Assembly (NCBI GenBank): GCA_036785375.1
Contig: JAWMAR010000152.1
Coordinates: forward strand, 1,922,001 to 1,986,000
Length of the DNA stretch: 64,000 bases
Direction of reading: 5' to 3'
From: Leucoraja ocellata
Taxonomy: Eukaryota
A program made the translations under genes and the position numbers. The notes beneath the pieces are model-generated. The model was given only the letters and a program-made list of their open reading frames with translations. It had not been told where the DNA came from and did not search any database. Below are positions 25,761-38,255 of this stretch, piece after piece (the stretch's first letter is position 1; each line of letters begins with the position of its first letter).

Positions 25761-28714
25761 ACTGGCTTGAATTTGAGGCAACCGCATGTCCAAGACGATG
25801 AGAGTTTAGTTCAATGAATGGCTCCTCAGCTTTGATATGAATATGCTGGGTAAGGTCCAGGATTTGGCTGTGTACTTTCATAGCTCCAGCTTCATGGGGA
25901 AACTAGGTTGAAAGACTTAGAAGTACTCTCCAGTGTGTACATTCCACAATCTTGTGTAAAACCACAGCACTTCCCACAGATTCCTCATGTGAGTAAGTTT
26001 GCAACTGCACTATAAATCTCACTCTGCAGGCCACCAAAGCATCTGGTGTACGTGTCACATCTTAAAACTCAAGCAGTGAGGAGAGCAATTTCTCCCCTGT
26101 CTTCAGACTTGCTAGAATTCTTTCTTGACTCTGCTGCTTCAGTTGCGAAGTGAATCGGTTGGCCCTAGAATGGTTCTGCAGGCGTCTGGCCTTTCTACCC
26201 TCCCTCCTTATTTCTGCATTTAGGCGTTTGTTTCACACTTGTGTGATTTACATGAACAATTTCTGCCCTATGGATGTGAAGCAATTATTTGGCAACGTGC
26301 AATTGTACCTTGAGCCGGCAGAGAAAGCCACGGTCGCACAGCTGCGCACAAATTCCGCGCGCAAAGATTTGCGCAACGTTTTGCAGTAAATAAGAAATGT
26401 TGGATACGCAAGCCTACGCTGATTTTCTTACAAGTTGAACAAATGTTGACATTTTCAGTGCGTAGAAATGTTACCTTTGTGAATTGCCAGGCTGTTGGTT
26501 GGCCATCAAGGTTCGCTTAATTATTTTACTTTGTTGTAGGAAGACTTCTCCACGGCCAAGTTTATTTATTTATGGACTGCCGAAAATAAAGTAGAAAGCA
26601 AAATTCACAGTTAAACTTGCCACGTACTGTTATCAATATGTTCACTAAGTCTCGCTCACATCTGCTCTCAAAAATTTGATCTGGGGGTGAGACTAGCAAG
26701 CAAACAGTGAGATTCCCACACTGCAAATGTAACCCGACACAAAACAGCTGCTGTATAAGAAGGAAAAAGTATGACAGCATTACCGTCCTGCTTCATCGGA
26801 CGGTTGAGGAACCAAATCAAATATAAGGCAGGATCTGAAACTGAGGTTCCAGTATTCGAAAGAATGACATAAACTTAAGATGGCTATTAAAATAATTTTG
26901 TATTACCTTCAATTTAGCAGTGGCTCTCGAGCAGAGTAAAGTCAAAAGGACCTGGATTTGTAATATTCACTGACACTTCTGTTGAAGATTGTTACATTGT
27001 TGGGAGCCGGTAACAGCAAACACATGTGCAGACATCTCCATTGTCAGCTCGTGTGAATGGAGAAGATGCAATAGTGCTATCCAAAGAGTCCAAGCCAGTT
27101 TTCCCACCTAAAAGGCCAACAAAGGCATTGGTCTCACTGCTGTTAGTGGGCTCCTCCAATGCGTGACATAGCTGCCTGCGTAACATGCAGGCAGCTGTCG
27201 ATTCATGCCCAGTATTTTGTGATATCTTGAGGCTATGAAAAGGTGCGATTAGAAAAATGCAAATTGATTTTTATTCACCTGATCACAAACTAACCTGTGA
27301 CAACCCGGACACGCTGCTGAGTGCGAATAAGCATGTGCGTTTGCAGAGCATATTTGGATGGCCTCAAGGACTACTGGACAAACACCTCAATGCTGTACTG
27401 TTGTATTTAATCAGCAATAAGTGCCCATAACACTGCTGTCGGCATCACCACTAGTTGACATTTATGTATCAGGCTCGCTGGCTGTTTGCCTGTGGATATA
27501 ATTTCACAGCTGTACAAAAAATAAAAAAGACTAGTAAAAGACCAATTACATTTTTTGAATCCAAAAGCAGTATCATTTTTGTTTTTTGTCAGGTTGGGTC
27601 ATCTTTGCATAAAAATGGTACTTTCATAAATTAGTAGTTTAGTTTGTCATGTGGACTGAGGTACAGTGAAAAGCTTTTTTGTTGTGTGCTATCCATTCCG
27701 TGAAAAGACTATACATGATTTATGATATCAAGCCGTCCACAGTGTACAGATACAGGATTAAGGGCATTTAGTGCAAGGTAGAGTGGAGAAGGGACGGAGA
27801 GGAAGTGACCAGGATGAGACTCGTCCTTGATTATGCTAGTGGCATAATGAAATGAAAGATAGCGGAGTCGGGGGATATGGGGAGAAGGCAGGAACAGGTT
27901 ACTGATTGTGGATGGCGGTGCTGGCTCGAAGGGCCGAATGGCCTACTCGTATAAAAGTAAATTGTCTATAAAATTAAATACTGCAGGTGCTGAAAATCTA
28001 CAGTAAGGATCAGACTAATGCTGGAATCCCCAGCAGGTCGGGTATTATGCACAGAGGGCCAGTCAGGTGGAAACTTTGATAGTAACATTTCCTTAAGACT
28101 TTTTTTTTTTTTTTTAAATAAACTTATTTAGGAGAGGGAATTTGTTTCACTGCCACCATTTACCTGAAGGAAGATATGGAGTTATTAGTATTGTGTGACT
28201 GATTTGTTTTCGAGTACACATCCAAAGACTCTTTAAATGTATTGAGGGTTTCTGCTGCTTTGTACAGCGTGGAAACAGGCCCTTCAGTCCAACTTTCCCG
28301 TGCCGGCCAACATGCCCCATCTACACTAGTCCCACCTGCCTGTGGTTGGCCCATATCCCTTGAAACTTTTTTTGTGCAGAGCACTTCAGAACCAACCATG
28401 TTCTGGGCAAAAACATATTTTTCCCCCACATCTCCCCTCTAGCACAGCTACTTATGAGGGTATGCAAAGTATTTCTAGGATTGAGTGGGTGGGGGGGGGG
28501 GGGGGGGAGGAGCTTTAGGGTATTTAGGATCAAAGAGAAAAGAGAGAGGTGTTTGAGCAGGAAACAGTAGTTGGGCATTTAAGGGCTGGCATGTTGTGGG
28601 CAGCTGGTAAATGTGGACGGACTTCTTGTTTGGATGTCCAGTGGATAAGTTATCTCAAGACTTTTTACTAAAAATTAATTGTTCTGATTTTCCAATATAT
28701 GTTGTGTTTTATAG

Positions 28715-28929
28715 TGTCTCATCCCAGGAACAATTACTCTGCCAGATCAAGGTGTGGCTCTGTGTCATCCATGTCGGTGACAACCCGGAGCGATGCATCA
28801 GCACCAACTACCCCTGACTGTGCAACAGACCCTTCCTTTACTAAGCCAGGGAAGAAGAGCCAGTCTTCAGGAGATGTTTCCACTGCCACAACAAACTATG
28901 GAAACCGAACTTTCCAATCAAACCGATCG
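28715..28929 (+). CDS. SPATS2: SPATS2 coding exon (SHPRNNYSARSRCGSVSS...FQSNRS)
   Basis: ttttatag| acceptor, TCG|gtatgt donor; resembles human VSHPKNSYSTRSRCSSV. Confidence 0.92.
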
Positions 28930-30453
28930 GTATGTGCTGCTAGTGTCGTCTTCCAATGTATATAGGGTTTTTTACCCCCCAAACTAATTCCACCATCAAA
29001 GAAAATTTAGTTTAACGTATTTCTATAGTTTTGAATTAGTGCATGGCTGTGAATAAAAAATCACTTGTGAGTCGACGGGCAAATTGGTGTGTGGTTGTCG
29101 GCTCTTGATTTATTCATTTCAAATTTGTGTCGAAGAGAGCATCGAGCTGAAGGGATTTGCTTTCTGAAAAGGTAAAGCAGATTTCAACCACCTTCATTGG
29201 TCTAGTGGTAAATTCAAAGAATGTGAGGAAAGTACATATTGGCCTTCGCCTTGGTACGGTTTAGGACAATGAAGAAGTCTTTAGAACAAAGGAGATGGTG
29301 AATTCCTGCCATTGGGAACAATATTGTTTTGAGTGCATTATCTGCAAGTACAAAATCAAGGAATGTAAATAGGACCAAGACCTACAAAACACAGACTTGG
29401 GTAAATATCAATTTATTGTTCATGTTCACCACAAATTGATCCAAACATGTAGATTATTTGTGATAACCAATAATCAGCTGGGAGAATATTCAGATACATT
29501 CGACCAACCTCACTAATAAAATCGAGGCTCTGGACTAAAAGCAAAACAGGCCCAAGAAGTTTGTTGGATTGAAATTTAAAAGCACTTTATTATATTATAT
29601 GCAACCATTAATTTCTGGTAGACCATTAAAGCACTTCAGCATTTATACACATTGAAGACTTCATAAATGCATGTTATTGTTATCTTTGGGTTTACAGCAT
29701 AGGCAGCTAGTTGCAGAGCAGCAGGTTAGTGGACTTCATTCCAGGATTGGAAGTGTATCTTGAAGTTTTACATGGATAAGGAATAACCATGTGGAGTTCA
29801 CCTGGTATAAGTGGGATCTCGAGGTTATAATCTTTTTACTACACTGAATCCAAAAACCCTGTTGTCTATTACTGCTTCCCATCCCAATGCAATCTGGGGT
29901 CCAGACTTGCTGAAAGTGCATTTCACATTTGGCTAGACATTACTATCCAAGGATGTCAAAGGTCAAAAACTTTATTTGCCATTTGTGCTTACACACATTG
30001 GAACTCTTGTGCGGTTGTTCAGAGAGTCAAGTCAAGTTAAAAAGACACACAGAAGACACATAATCTATAAAAACATATACTTCTCTAGAACTAAAAAGAA
30101 AGAAAATGCCTAAAACCCTATATAAAGGGAAAAGTGAGAGCATTGTAAATTACACAAACCCTATATAAAAAGTATCGATTGCATTGTAAATTGCACAGGC
30201 CCAGGAGACAATATATAATATAATATGATGTGCTATGAGGTAGGTCAGGACATCAGTTCATTTTGTTTTGGCCAAGAGTCTCACTGTGGCAGGGAAGAAG
30301 CTCTTAAAAAAGCGTGTTCTGTTTGTGACGATGCTGTATGTATCTGGGCGGAATTGAATGTGACAGTAAAAACAAAAGGAGATTCCAGTGAGGCTATTAG
30401 AAAGGATAAAATATGAAGTGTATCTATTAATTGAGATGTTTTCCCTTAAATAG

Positions 30454-30765
30454 GTGCCCCAAGGTAACAGGAGATCTGGTTACCGATCTCGAGAGAATGG
30501 GATAAGTGGCCAAAGCCATTTTGGAAGAAATGATGATAGGAATCGGTACCGCAATGGACCCAGGAATTACTCCAAAACTCCCAGCAACCCTCATCCCACA
30601 CCTCAGAGCTTCACCACCGAGAAGACCCAAGTGCATTCTACTGCTCCCAATGGCACAGCTACAGCTTCTGCCTCCAGGCAGCCCTCTTTACTTTCTGCTC
30701 CTGCCAATGCCCTTCCTCAACGTAGGCCAAGATCAGATGGAAATGAAGCTCCTGTCAACTCCTGA
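30454..30765 (+). CDS. SPATS2: SPATS2 terminal coding exon (VPQGNRRSG...LPQRRPRSDGNEAPVNS*)
   Basis: aaatag| acceptor, TGA at 30763-30765; C-terminus resembles human SPATS2 LPQRKPR...VNS, favouring SPATS2 over SPATS2L; adjacency to MCRS1 agrees. Confidence 0.92.
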   Translation: MPQGNRRSGYRSRENGISGQSHFGRNDDRNRYRNGPRNYSKTPSNPHPTPQSFTTEKTQVHSTAPNGTATASASRQPSLLSAPANALPQRRPRSDGNEAPVNS

Positions 30766-32925
30766 AAAATTCCGACATCCAGCAACAACAACGCCATCCA
30801 GCTAGATGTGATTAAGCCCCAAAATGAGTTTACATTCACTTTGTTTTTGTCATCTTTGATTTGTCTAATGACCTTTTTTTTTAATTTCTGGATTAACCTT
30901 TCCAAATTTTCTTTTTTTTTTTAATTGATAGTGTCTCTATGTTGTTAATCTCTTCTGGAAGAGGGAGCAGCACTTAGCTGTACCCAAGATACGTTCTTTA
31001 AACGTTGTTGCTTAATCTGTCATGGCTAAATCAGTTAGCAGAAATCACTATGCACCTCTCTGTTCAGAATGAAAGTGCCTTGGATCTTTAATATGTCACA
31101 ACCACTTAGTTTTTTTTAGACTACACTTAGAAAATAAAACAAGGGACCAAAGAACTTCAAACTTTGCTGCCATTAGGTCTACTAGAGATTGCTGATGAAT
31201 TGTAGCAGGGCACGTGATTGTTTTATCTGAATTTTTGATAATGGCCGTGTATTTGGATAGAACCGTTTAGTGAACATTTTCAACTGTGTATTTTATGTGC
31301 TGGGGCCAACATGCCACAGGATACCAGATCAACATTGCTTCCTCTTCACATCAGGATTCACTCTTGACTGCAGACAGATGTAAACTCATTTCCATTCACA
31401 GTGACGTTGTAGTCTAAAGCTGAATTCTGAGCCATGAAGCAGAGTGTGGCACAATGAGGGAACTTCCACCTTTTGGGGGCAGTTCCAGCCATGACTTCAA
31501 ATTATTATCCTGCTAGTGTGGTGTAGATGTGAAGCCAAACATACTTTCCACTGCTATTGAAAATGTGTGAACACATAAGAATGATAGAAAGTTTTAGTTG
31601 TATCTGTGCTGTTGAATTAACTTGTATTGGCTGCATGGTGTTTCTGTATAGGAATAGACATTCACGTGGCTCTGAATAGAGTAACCCCACTTTTGCCACT
31701 GTGCATCTGAAGTGATCCACAATTTCCTTCTAAAGTGTACTGTCAAGGTAGCAGGAGTGTGTGGTGCTGCTCAATGTTTAACACACAACCTTTGGAGAAT
31801 AATCTGCTGCAGGTCTCAACATGCCCTTGATCCACTAAGTCCCAGGTGAGAGGGGAATCTGATCACAGGTGACATCATCTCTACAGAAGTTTAAATTCCA
31901 AACTCTATTACCCAAAAAGAACAAATTGGAAAAATCTGTTAGCAACCTTGTGAATGGATGGACTTGGAGCATACACTAATCATATTTCATCTGTAGAATT
32001 TTTGTTCTGCTTAAAAAAAAAAAACCAAAAAAAAAAAACCCTATTTTCCCAAACAGGTGAATTCTGGCTTGATCACTATGATCTGCTTCATTTTATTAAT
32101 GAATGGCGATTAGGACTGTGCCCATTGTATGCCTGTAATGCTGATTCTCTAATTGAAGTTGTAAAATGAAGTGCACAGATCAACTAGAGCCTTTTAAATC
32201 AAGAACTATGTTAAAATGCAGTATCTTCCAAATTGAGTTGGTGTCTTTTTTTTTGTTTCTTCAGACTAGTAATGCTGATTTTTGAATATTGACAGTTTTT
32301 ATGTTTTCAAATTTAGTTTGTATCAAATGCTCCCAGCCTTTGCTTGTATACTTTTCTGTTGTTCAGATCATTACAAAAAAATGATGAGAGGCTAGACAGC
32401 CTTTCAGGGTCATAGATAAACCACTTAGATTACTCCTTAAGCCTTGGTGCCAAACCCCATATCCCTTTCATTCTCCAAAGAATCAAGTATCATTTATTTT
32501 GCTGAAGATTTCATCCATGTTCACTTTTAGTGCCCTGGGTGGAAGCTATTGTGAAGTGTGAATCAGCTCGCTGAAGTGTGATTATTGTGATTAACCCCTC
32601 CATTTGATGTTGAGGCAAGGGATCATGTCACAGATTCAATGGGAACATTTTGTTTCTGGTATTTCAGCAATGTAATGTTGTTAGCCCAGGACCTGACCAA
32701 TAATTGAAAGATAAGTTGGTGCTTAGTGGGAATAATTAAAATGAAACTGATTCCAATTTGCATGTTTGAATTTGAATCTTCCAATTGATGGCATGCTGGT
32801 ACATTATGGCTGCATTTCAGGCAGCAGAATTGCTGCTCCCTCTTAGTGCCAGTCTCTTTTTGACATATGTCATGTATTTAAAATTTAGTTGATGAATAAA
32901 GAAGCTGTATTCTAAACTATTGTTA
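30766..32925 (+). other. SPATS2: Probable SPATS2 3' UTR
   Basis: AT/U-rich stretch after the stop with no recognisable transposon, ending shortly after AATAAA at 32895-32900. End position is inferred. Confidence 0.55.
32895..32900 (+). terminator. Candidate distal polyadenylation signal (AATAAA) of SPATS2
   Basis: AATAAA followed about 30-40 nt later by GT/T-rich sequence (tgtggttctttcc). Another AATAAA lies at 31133-31138. Confidence 0.55.
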
Positions 32926-33634
32926 TACAACTGTGGTTCTTTCCTCCTCAATATTCAATACCAGTCTCGGAGCTGGGGACAGGGAACTTGAGGTGACTTT
33001 CATTGTTAATCTTGTCATGTCATTCACTGTCGTTTTGAATGCAATTTAATGGAGAGAACGGATGAAATTTGGACAAATCAATAAATCAAATTAAACTGGA
33101 TTTTTACTTGTAGCCTTCCCCCGTGCTAGATGTGGAGGACCCCACAAGGTGCCCCCCTAAGCTGGGAGATAAGAGGGGCCTTGGCAGCATCGGCCTCGAG
33201 CAGTGTATCCTGAGAACACTGGTGGCCTTTGACAGGAGCCACAGTTGGGACACAACCTCCCCTCCTGTTACAGCTTTTCATAAGAATCTTCAAATGTCTT
33301 GTATTTGAGGACATTTAACCTAATTGCTTTCATTATTAAAAGTGAACATTAAAACAATATTTCAATCAATTAAAACAATGAGAAATAAGTAAATAAATGA
33401 TGAGATTACCTTGCTTGTTGCTGAGAATTCTCATTCGAATCGAAGGTTAGAGCCTCCTTTCCCAGATCTGGCTGTTGCAGGTCTGGGACTTGTGTACTTG
33501 ACAGAGGCTGAGCCAAGCTACCTTGATTCACCTCACTATGAACTATATGATACAATTATGAGAGGCACAATGTGTACCTTGTGGGGTTCAGTCTTTAGGT
33601 AGTTTTAGTTGATAATGGGTTTCTTTTTTAAGTA

Positions 33635-34000
33635 TCCTTTACTTTGTACATGGAAGCGTAGAGTACAAAAGCAAGGATGTTATGCTGATCTTTGACAAAA
33701 ATATCGCTGGTTCAGTCGCTGTCAGCCGGTGTGGAGTCCGATTTGGTGCATAGACACAAAAGGTTAGAGTAACTCAGCGGGACAGGCAGCATCTCTGGAT
33801 AGAAGGAATAGGTGATGTTTCGGATCAAGACCCGAAAAGTCACCCATTCCTTCTATCCCGAGATGTTGCCTGTCCTGCTGAGTTACTCCAGCATTTTGTC
33901 TCTTTGATGTAAACAAGCACCTGCAGTTCCTTCCCACCAATTTGGTGCATATCATTTAGGAAGGATGTCAGGACCTTGAAGTGACTATCAGAAGAGAATG
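33635..34000 (+). mobile_element. Old CR1 fragment interrupted by a Penelope-type fold-back insertion
   Basis: gagtacaaaagcaaggatgttatgct...tttaggaaggatgtc resemble CR1 ORF2; insertion at 33753-33939. Confidence 0.6.
33753..33939. mobile_element. Penelope-type fold-back insertion with 12-bp TSD
   Basis: atttggtgcata at 33741-33752 and 33940-33951; inverted arms inside. Confidence 0.78.
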
Positions 34001-35264
34001 TTATGACAATATTCATTTCTTGATTCCTATACTTTCCACATGTTGAATCTGGAGTAGAAAAATATGGTTACTTGGCATTGCAGAATATGAACTACATTAC
34101 CAAGACTGAATTATGAAACATATTTTGGGCTTCAGACATGGGCAAGAACCACTGAAGGATGGAACTTACTGAACAATGCCAATCAATGGAAAAATTGGGA
34201 TATATCTACCTTTGAAAGATTGATAGTGGAGTGGCAAAGTTTGCTTGACAAACCTATTCTTAAATTTATTTTTGAACAATAATGTACATTTGAAATCCAG
34301 GCACTGAAAGTAACATTGCGGGCCATCACCCGTTCCTTCTCTCCAGGAATGTGGTCTGTTTTGAGTCGAGACCCTTCTTCAGACTGGTTAGGGATAAGGG
34401 AAACGAGAGATATAGATGGTGATGTGGAGAAATAAAGAACAATGAATGAAATCTATCACTTTTTTTTCCCCTCTCTCTTTTTCCCTCTTTCCTGCTTTAC
34501 CATTTACCTAAGAGAATGGTTACCATTTCCAGCACTGTGGAGACTGTGCTTAGTTGAGACCTCCTGCCCTGAAGGCATCAACGTTTGAATCTGATCTTTC
34601 TCGCATAGTAATTGAGCAGAACATGCAAAGCATTTATCAGATAAAGGTATACTATTTATTGATGGTGCTTAGTCAATTCTCTGTCGTTACACTGTATCTC
34701 TTCATCACTATGAAGCGATCTTTGCTTTGAATTGGGTTGTGATTTTAGAATCCAATTTTGGAGGCTTGAATGGGGCTTGATAACTCTGAACAGCTTATAG
34801 CTTTAGATTTATTTTATGATCAAAAAATAAAGTGGACAACAGGAGAGCTGAGGAAACAAACAATGTTGCCCAAGCAATCTGCGCCTATGTGGAATGTTTG
34901 AAGAGCTTCAAAAAGTGACATGCTGGTTCATGTAAACATACATTGAATGGGTTAACGCAGCAGGGAGACGAAGCATAGTCTAGAGTGCAGAAAGGGCACA
35001 TGTGCAGTTTGAACTTTAGCCCACGATGGGCTATAAGATGCAGGATAAACATAATTGCAAAACTGATTACAGAGCAGTTAAACGAGGAGCAGGTGATCAG
35101 TTGAACAATCTCATTGGGCAGCGGTTGTGGATGCCCATGGTAAATGTGTCAAAGGCTGGTTGCCCTCCCATATGGAGCAGAGAGCTGTATCTTCTGTATA
35201 CGTTGAAGATTAATTTCCATCGGCCTGGTCTCAGGGGAGTGTTTGCTGCTGAGTTCAGCTGCAG

Positions 35265-35400
35265 GTGCGAGCCACCGGGCAACGTTCCATTTCCAACCGC
35301 CCGCCCGCCCACCGGCCCGGAGCTCGCGCGCGCCGCCCACTCGCGAGAATCCCCAGGCGCCGCCGCCCTCACAACCAGCTCGCCCTGGCTTTACAGACGG
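35265..35400. promoter_or_regulatory. Small CpG-rich promoter-like patch
   Basis: Several CCGCCC GC boxes, cgcgcgcg run and actcgcgaga (35339-35348) in otherwise CpG-poor DNA; not similar to other repeats in the window. Confidence 0.4.
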
Positions 35401-35659
35401 CAGATAGACACGAAATGCTGGAGTACCTCGACGGGACAGGCAGCATCTCTGGAGAGAAGGAATGGGTGACGTTTCGAGTCGAGACCCTTTTGCAGCCAGA
35501 CTGCCAAACTGCAGGCACGTGGCTGCAAGTTGTACCTCGCCCACCACCGGTTAATAAGCCATTAACCCGTTTATCTATCACTTTGAGGTAATTGCCCACA
35601 ATGGCATAACTGGGGACGTGCTGTATTAATATATGTGTAAATCGCAAACAACAACGGTC

Positions 35660-35880
35660 AGTCATACATCGTGGCAACAGGCTCTTCAGCGTAGCTTGCC
35701 CACACTGCCCAAGTTGCCCCATCTAGTCCCACCTGCCTGCGTTTGGCCCATATCCCTCTCAACCTGTCCCATCACTACACCTGTCTAAATGTTTCTTCAA
35801 CGTTGTGATCGACCCTGCATCAACTACCTTCGCCGGCAGCTCGTTCCATACACCTACCACCCCCTGTGTGAAAATGTTCT
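35660..35880 (-). mobile_element. CR1/HE1-shared 3' tail fragment (similar pieces at about 28260-28345 and 45980-46125)
   Basis: ctagtcccacctgcctgcgtttggcccatatccctct motif recurs at all three sites. Confidence 0.7.
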
Positions 35881-35909
35881 GGTTTCTGGGAAGTATTACG
35901 TGTATGGTT

Positions 35910-36245
35910 TAGTCATGCTTCATTAGCTGAGGAGTTGTGCTCGCGTTGTACATTGTACAACTTTTAGGAAACATCTGCACTTTTGCTATTTGGGTGGAAG
36001 GAAGGTATTTGATGAAGCAAATGCAGATGAAGATGGTTAGGCCGAGGGTACTACCCCGAGGAGCCTCAGATGCCCAGGGGTTGCGAATGATTGCCCTCTC
36101 CCATCCACAATCTTTTTTCCCCAAACCGTGAATGTTTGAAGCCCCTTTGACTTCAGTTTTACCGAGTGCCTTGCTGTCAAGGGCAGTCACTCTCACTTCT
36201 GCAATTCAGCCCTTTGGTCCATTGTTGGGCCAAGGCAGAGATCTA
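35910..36245 (-). mobile_element. Old CR1-group LINE RT fragment
   Basis: ORF 35909-36196 retains VTALD.K and P.GS.LG.TIF..FI..LP RT-like motifs in degenerate form. Confidence 0.6.
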
Positions 36246-36346
36246 GCAAAACCATTGGCACAGTTTGGCTAGAGGCACAGTTACCTCTGCAGTGCAGATT
36301 TTCACTACGACAGCTAACTGGTTCCACAGCCTTTGCTGTGCCCAGT

Positions 36347-36613
36347 GTTTAGTTTACAGATACAGCACAGGGCCCACCGATCCTCACACACTTACACTAT
36401 CCTACACAGACTAGGGACAATTTCATATTTATACCAAGGTAATGAACCTACAAACCTAAACATCTTTGGGATGTGGAGGGAAACCAGAGCACCCAGAGAA
36501 AACCCACGCTGTCACAGGGAGAATGTACAAACTCCGTACAGAGAGCAACCATTGTCAGGATCGAACCCGGGTCTCTGGCACTGGAAGGCAGCAACTCTAT
36601 CACCACCGTGCCC
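36347..36613 (-). mobile_element. HE1-like V-SINE
   Basis: Same family sequence, reverse orientation. Confidence 0.85.
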
Positions 36614-36759
36614 TAAATGCCAACTCTGGTGGGACAGTACTGCCATCCATTCCCTGCTCTCACACGGACTGAACGAAGTTGGCTCTGTGATGGCAGGGAT
36701 CTCAGGAGGATAATGTGGCAGCACTGTGGAACTTCATTTCAGCACATTATAATCAGGAC

Positions 36760-38255
36760 CCATGGGTATTGGGAGAATAAATCTTTATTCATATCAACAA
36801 TTTGGATGTGAATCAGGGTTAGTAAGTTTGCAGGTGACACTAATATTGTTAGTATAGTGGACATTGAAGAACAGTATCCAAGATTTCAAGTTAAGTCAAG
36901 TTTATTCGACACATACACATACAAGCTGTGCAGTGAAATGAAAAGTGGCAATGCTCGCGGACTTTGTGCAAAAAGACAAACAAACAACCAAACAAACTAC
37001 AATTCGTATTAAATATTGTGGGCGGAAGGAAAAAGGGGAAAAAAAAACGATTAAAAAAAAAAAAAAGCAGTAGAGTGGTTCAGTAAGGTTAGTCCCTGGT
37101 GAGATATGAGTTTACAGTCCTAATGGCCTCTGGGAAGAAACTCCTTCTCAACCTCTCTGTTCTCACAGCATGGCAACGGAGGCGTTTGCCTGACCGTAGC
37201 AGCTGGAACAGTCCGTTGCAGGGATGGAAGCAGTCTCCCATGATTTTACTGGCTCTGGAGTTGCACCTCCTGATGTATAATTCCTGCAGAGGGGCGAGTG
37301 AAGTTCCCATAGTGCGTTCGGCCGAACCATTGAAGATAAATGGGGATACTGTGGATGGGGTGAGCTGCTTTAAATACCTGGGAGTCCACATCTCTGAGGA
37401 TATGACATGGACATCACACGGACATGGACAATCCTCAAATCAAATTGATTTTTGATCAATGGGGCGAGGAATGGCAAATGGAGTTTAATTCTGATAAATG
37501 AGGGCTTTGCCTTTTGGTGAGACAAACTAGGGCAGGACTTGCACAGTAAATGGTCAGCCTCTGGGGATTGTTGGGGAACAGAGACACCTCAGGGTTGATA
37601 AATAGTCCAATGAAAGTGACAACACAAGTAAACAAGGTGGCAAGGGTGGCATTTAGGATGCTTGCCTTCATCAGTCAGGGTGTTGAGTACAAGGGTTAGG
37701 ATGTCATGTTACAGGTGTAAAAAAAAAACATAGGTATGACCAATTACTGAGTACTGTACACAGTTCTGGTCGCCCTGCAACAGGAGGGGTGTCATTTCAA
37801 TGGAAAGGATGCTAAAAATATTTGAGGATGTTACTGGATCTGGAGGTTTGATCTGCAAGGATAGGCTGGGTCTTTTTTCCCTGGAGAGTAGAAGGCTAAG
37901 GGGTGATCTGACATAGGTGTATAAAATCATGAGGGGCATGGATACAGTCTTTTACTCAGTAAGGGAGCCTAAATCTGGAAGGCACAAGTTGAAGGCGAGA
38001 GATGAAAAACATTTTAAATAGATCTGAGGGGCTTTTTTTGTTCACCGCACACGCATGGTGTGTGTATAGAACAAGCTGCCAGATGCAGTGGTAGAGTTGG
38101 CTACAATAACAATATTTCCAAGGCATTTAGACAGGTACATGGATAGGTTTGAAGGGATATAGGTTAGGCACAGGCAAGTGAGTCTAGCTAATTTAGGCAA
38201 TGTGATCAGCAAGATGAATTGGGCCAAAAGGCCCATTTCCATGCTGCATAGCTGA
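36760..38255 (+). mobile_element. Older CR1-clade LINE fragment interrupted by a Rex1/Babar insertion
   Basis: Degenerate SKFA.DT (36820-36845) and WQMEFN.DK (37470-37500) motifs, CR1-like 3' end near 38200-38250. Confidence 0.75.
36886..37430 (-). mobile_element. Rex1/Babar-like LINE 3' end with an inverted 5' segment
   Basis: Minus strand: AERTMG...HPCNGLFQLLRSGKR...RLRRSFFPEAIR plus aataaacttgacttaacttga tail; plus strand 37327-37419: PLKINGDTVDGVSCFKYLGVHISEDMTWTSH. Confidence 0.85.

Noticed and set aside
7503-30765. Assignment to the paralog SPATS2L
   Set aside because: C-terminal LPQRRPR...VNS and adjacency to MCRS1 fit SPATS2 better; a phylogeny would be the formal test.
35026-35722. 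Cluster of 91-147 aa ORFs
   Set aside because: They cross a GC-rich patch and a Penelope-type repeat; no coherent protein in any frame.
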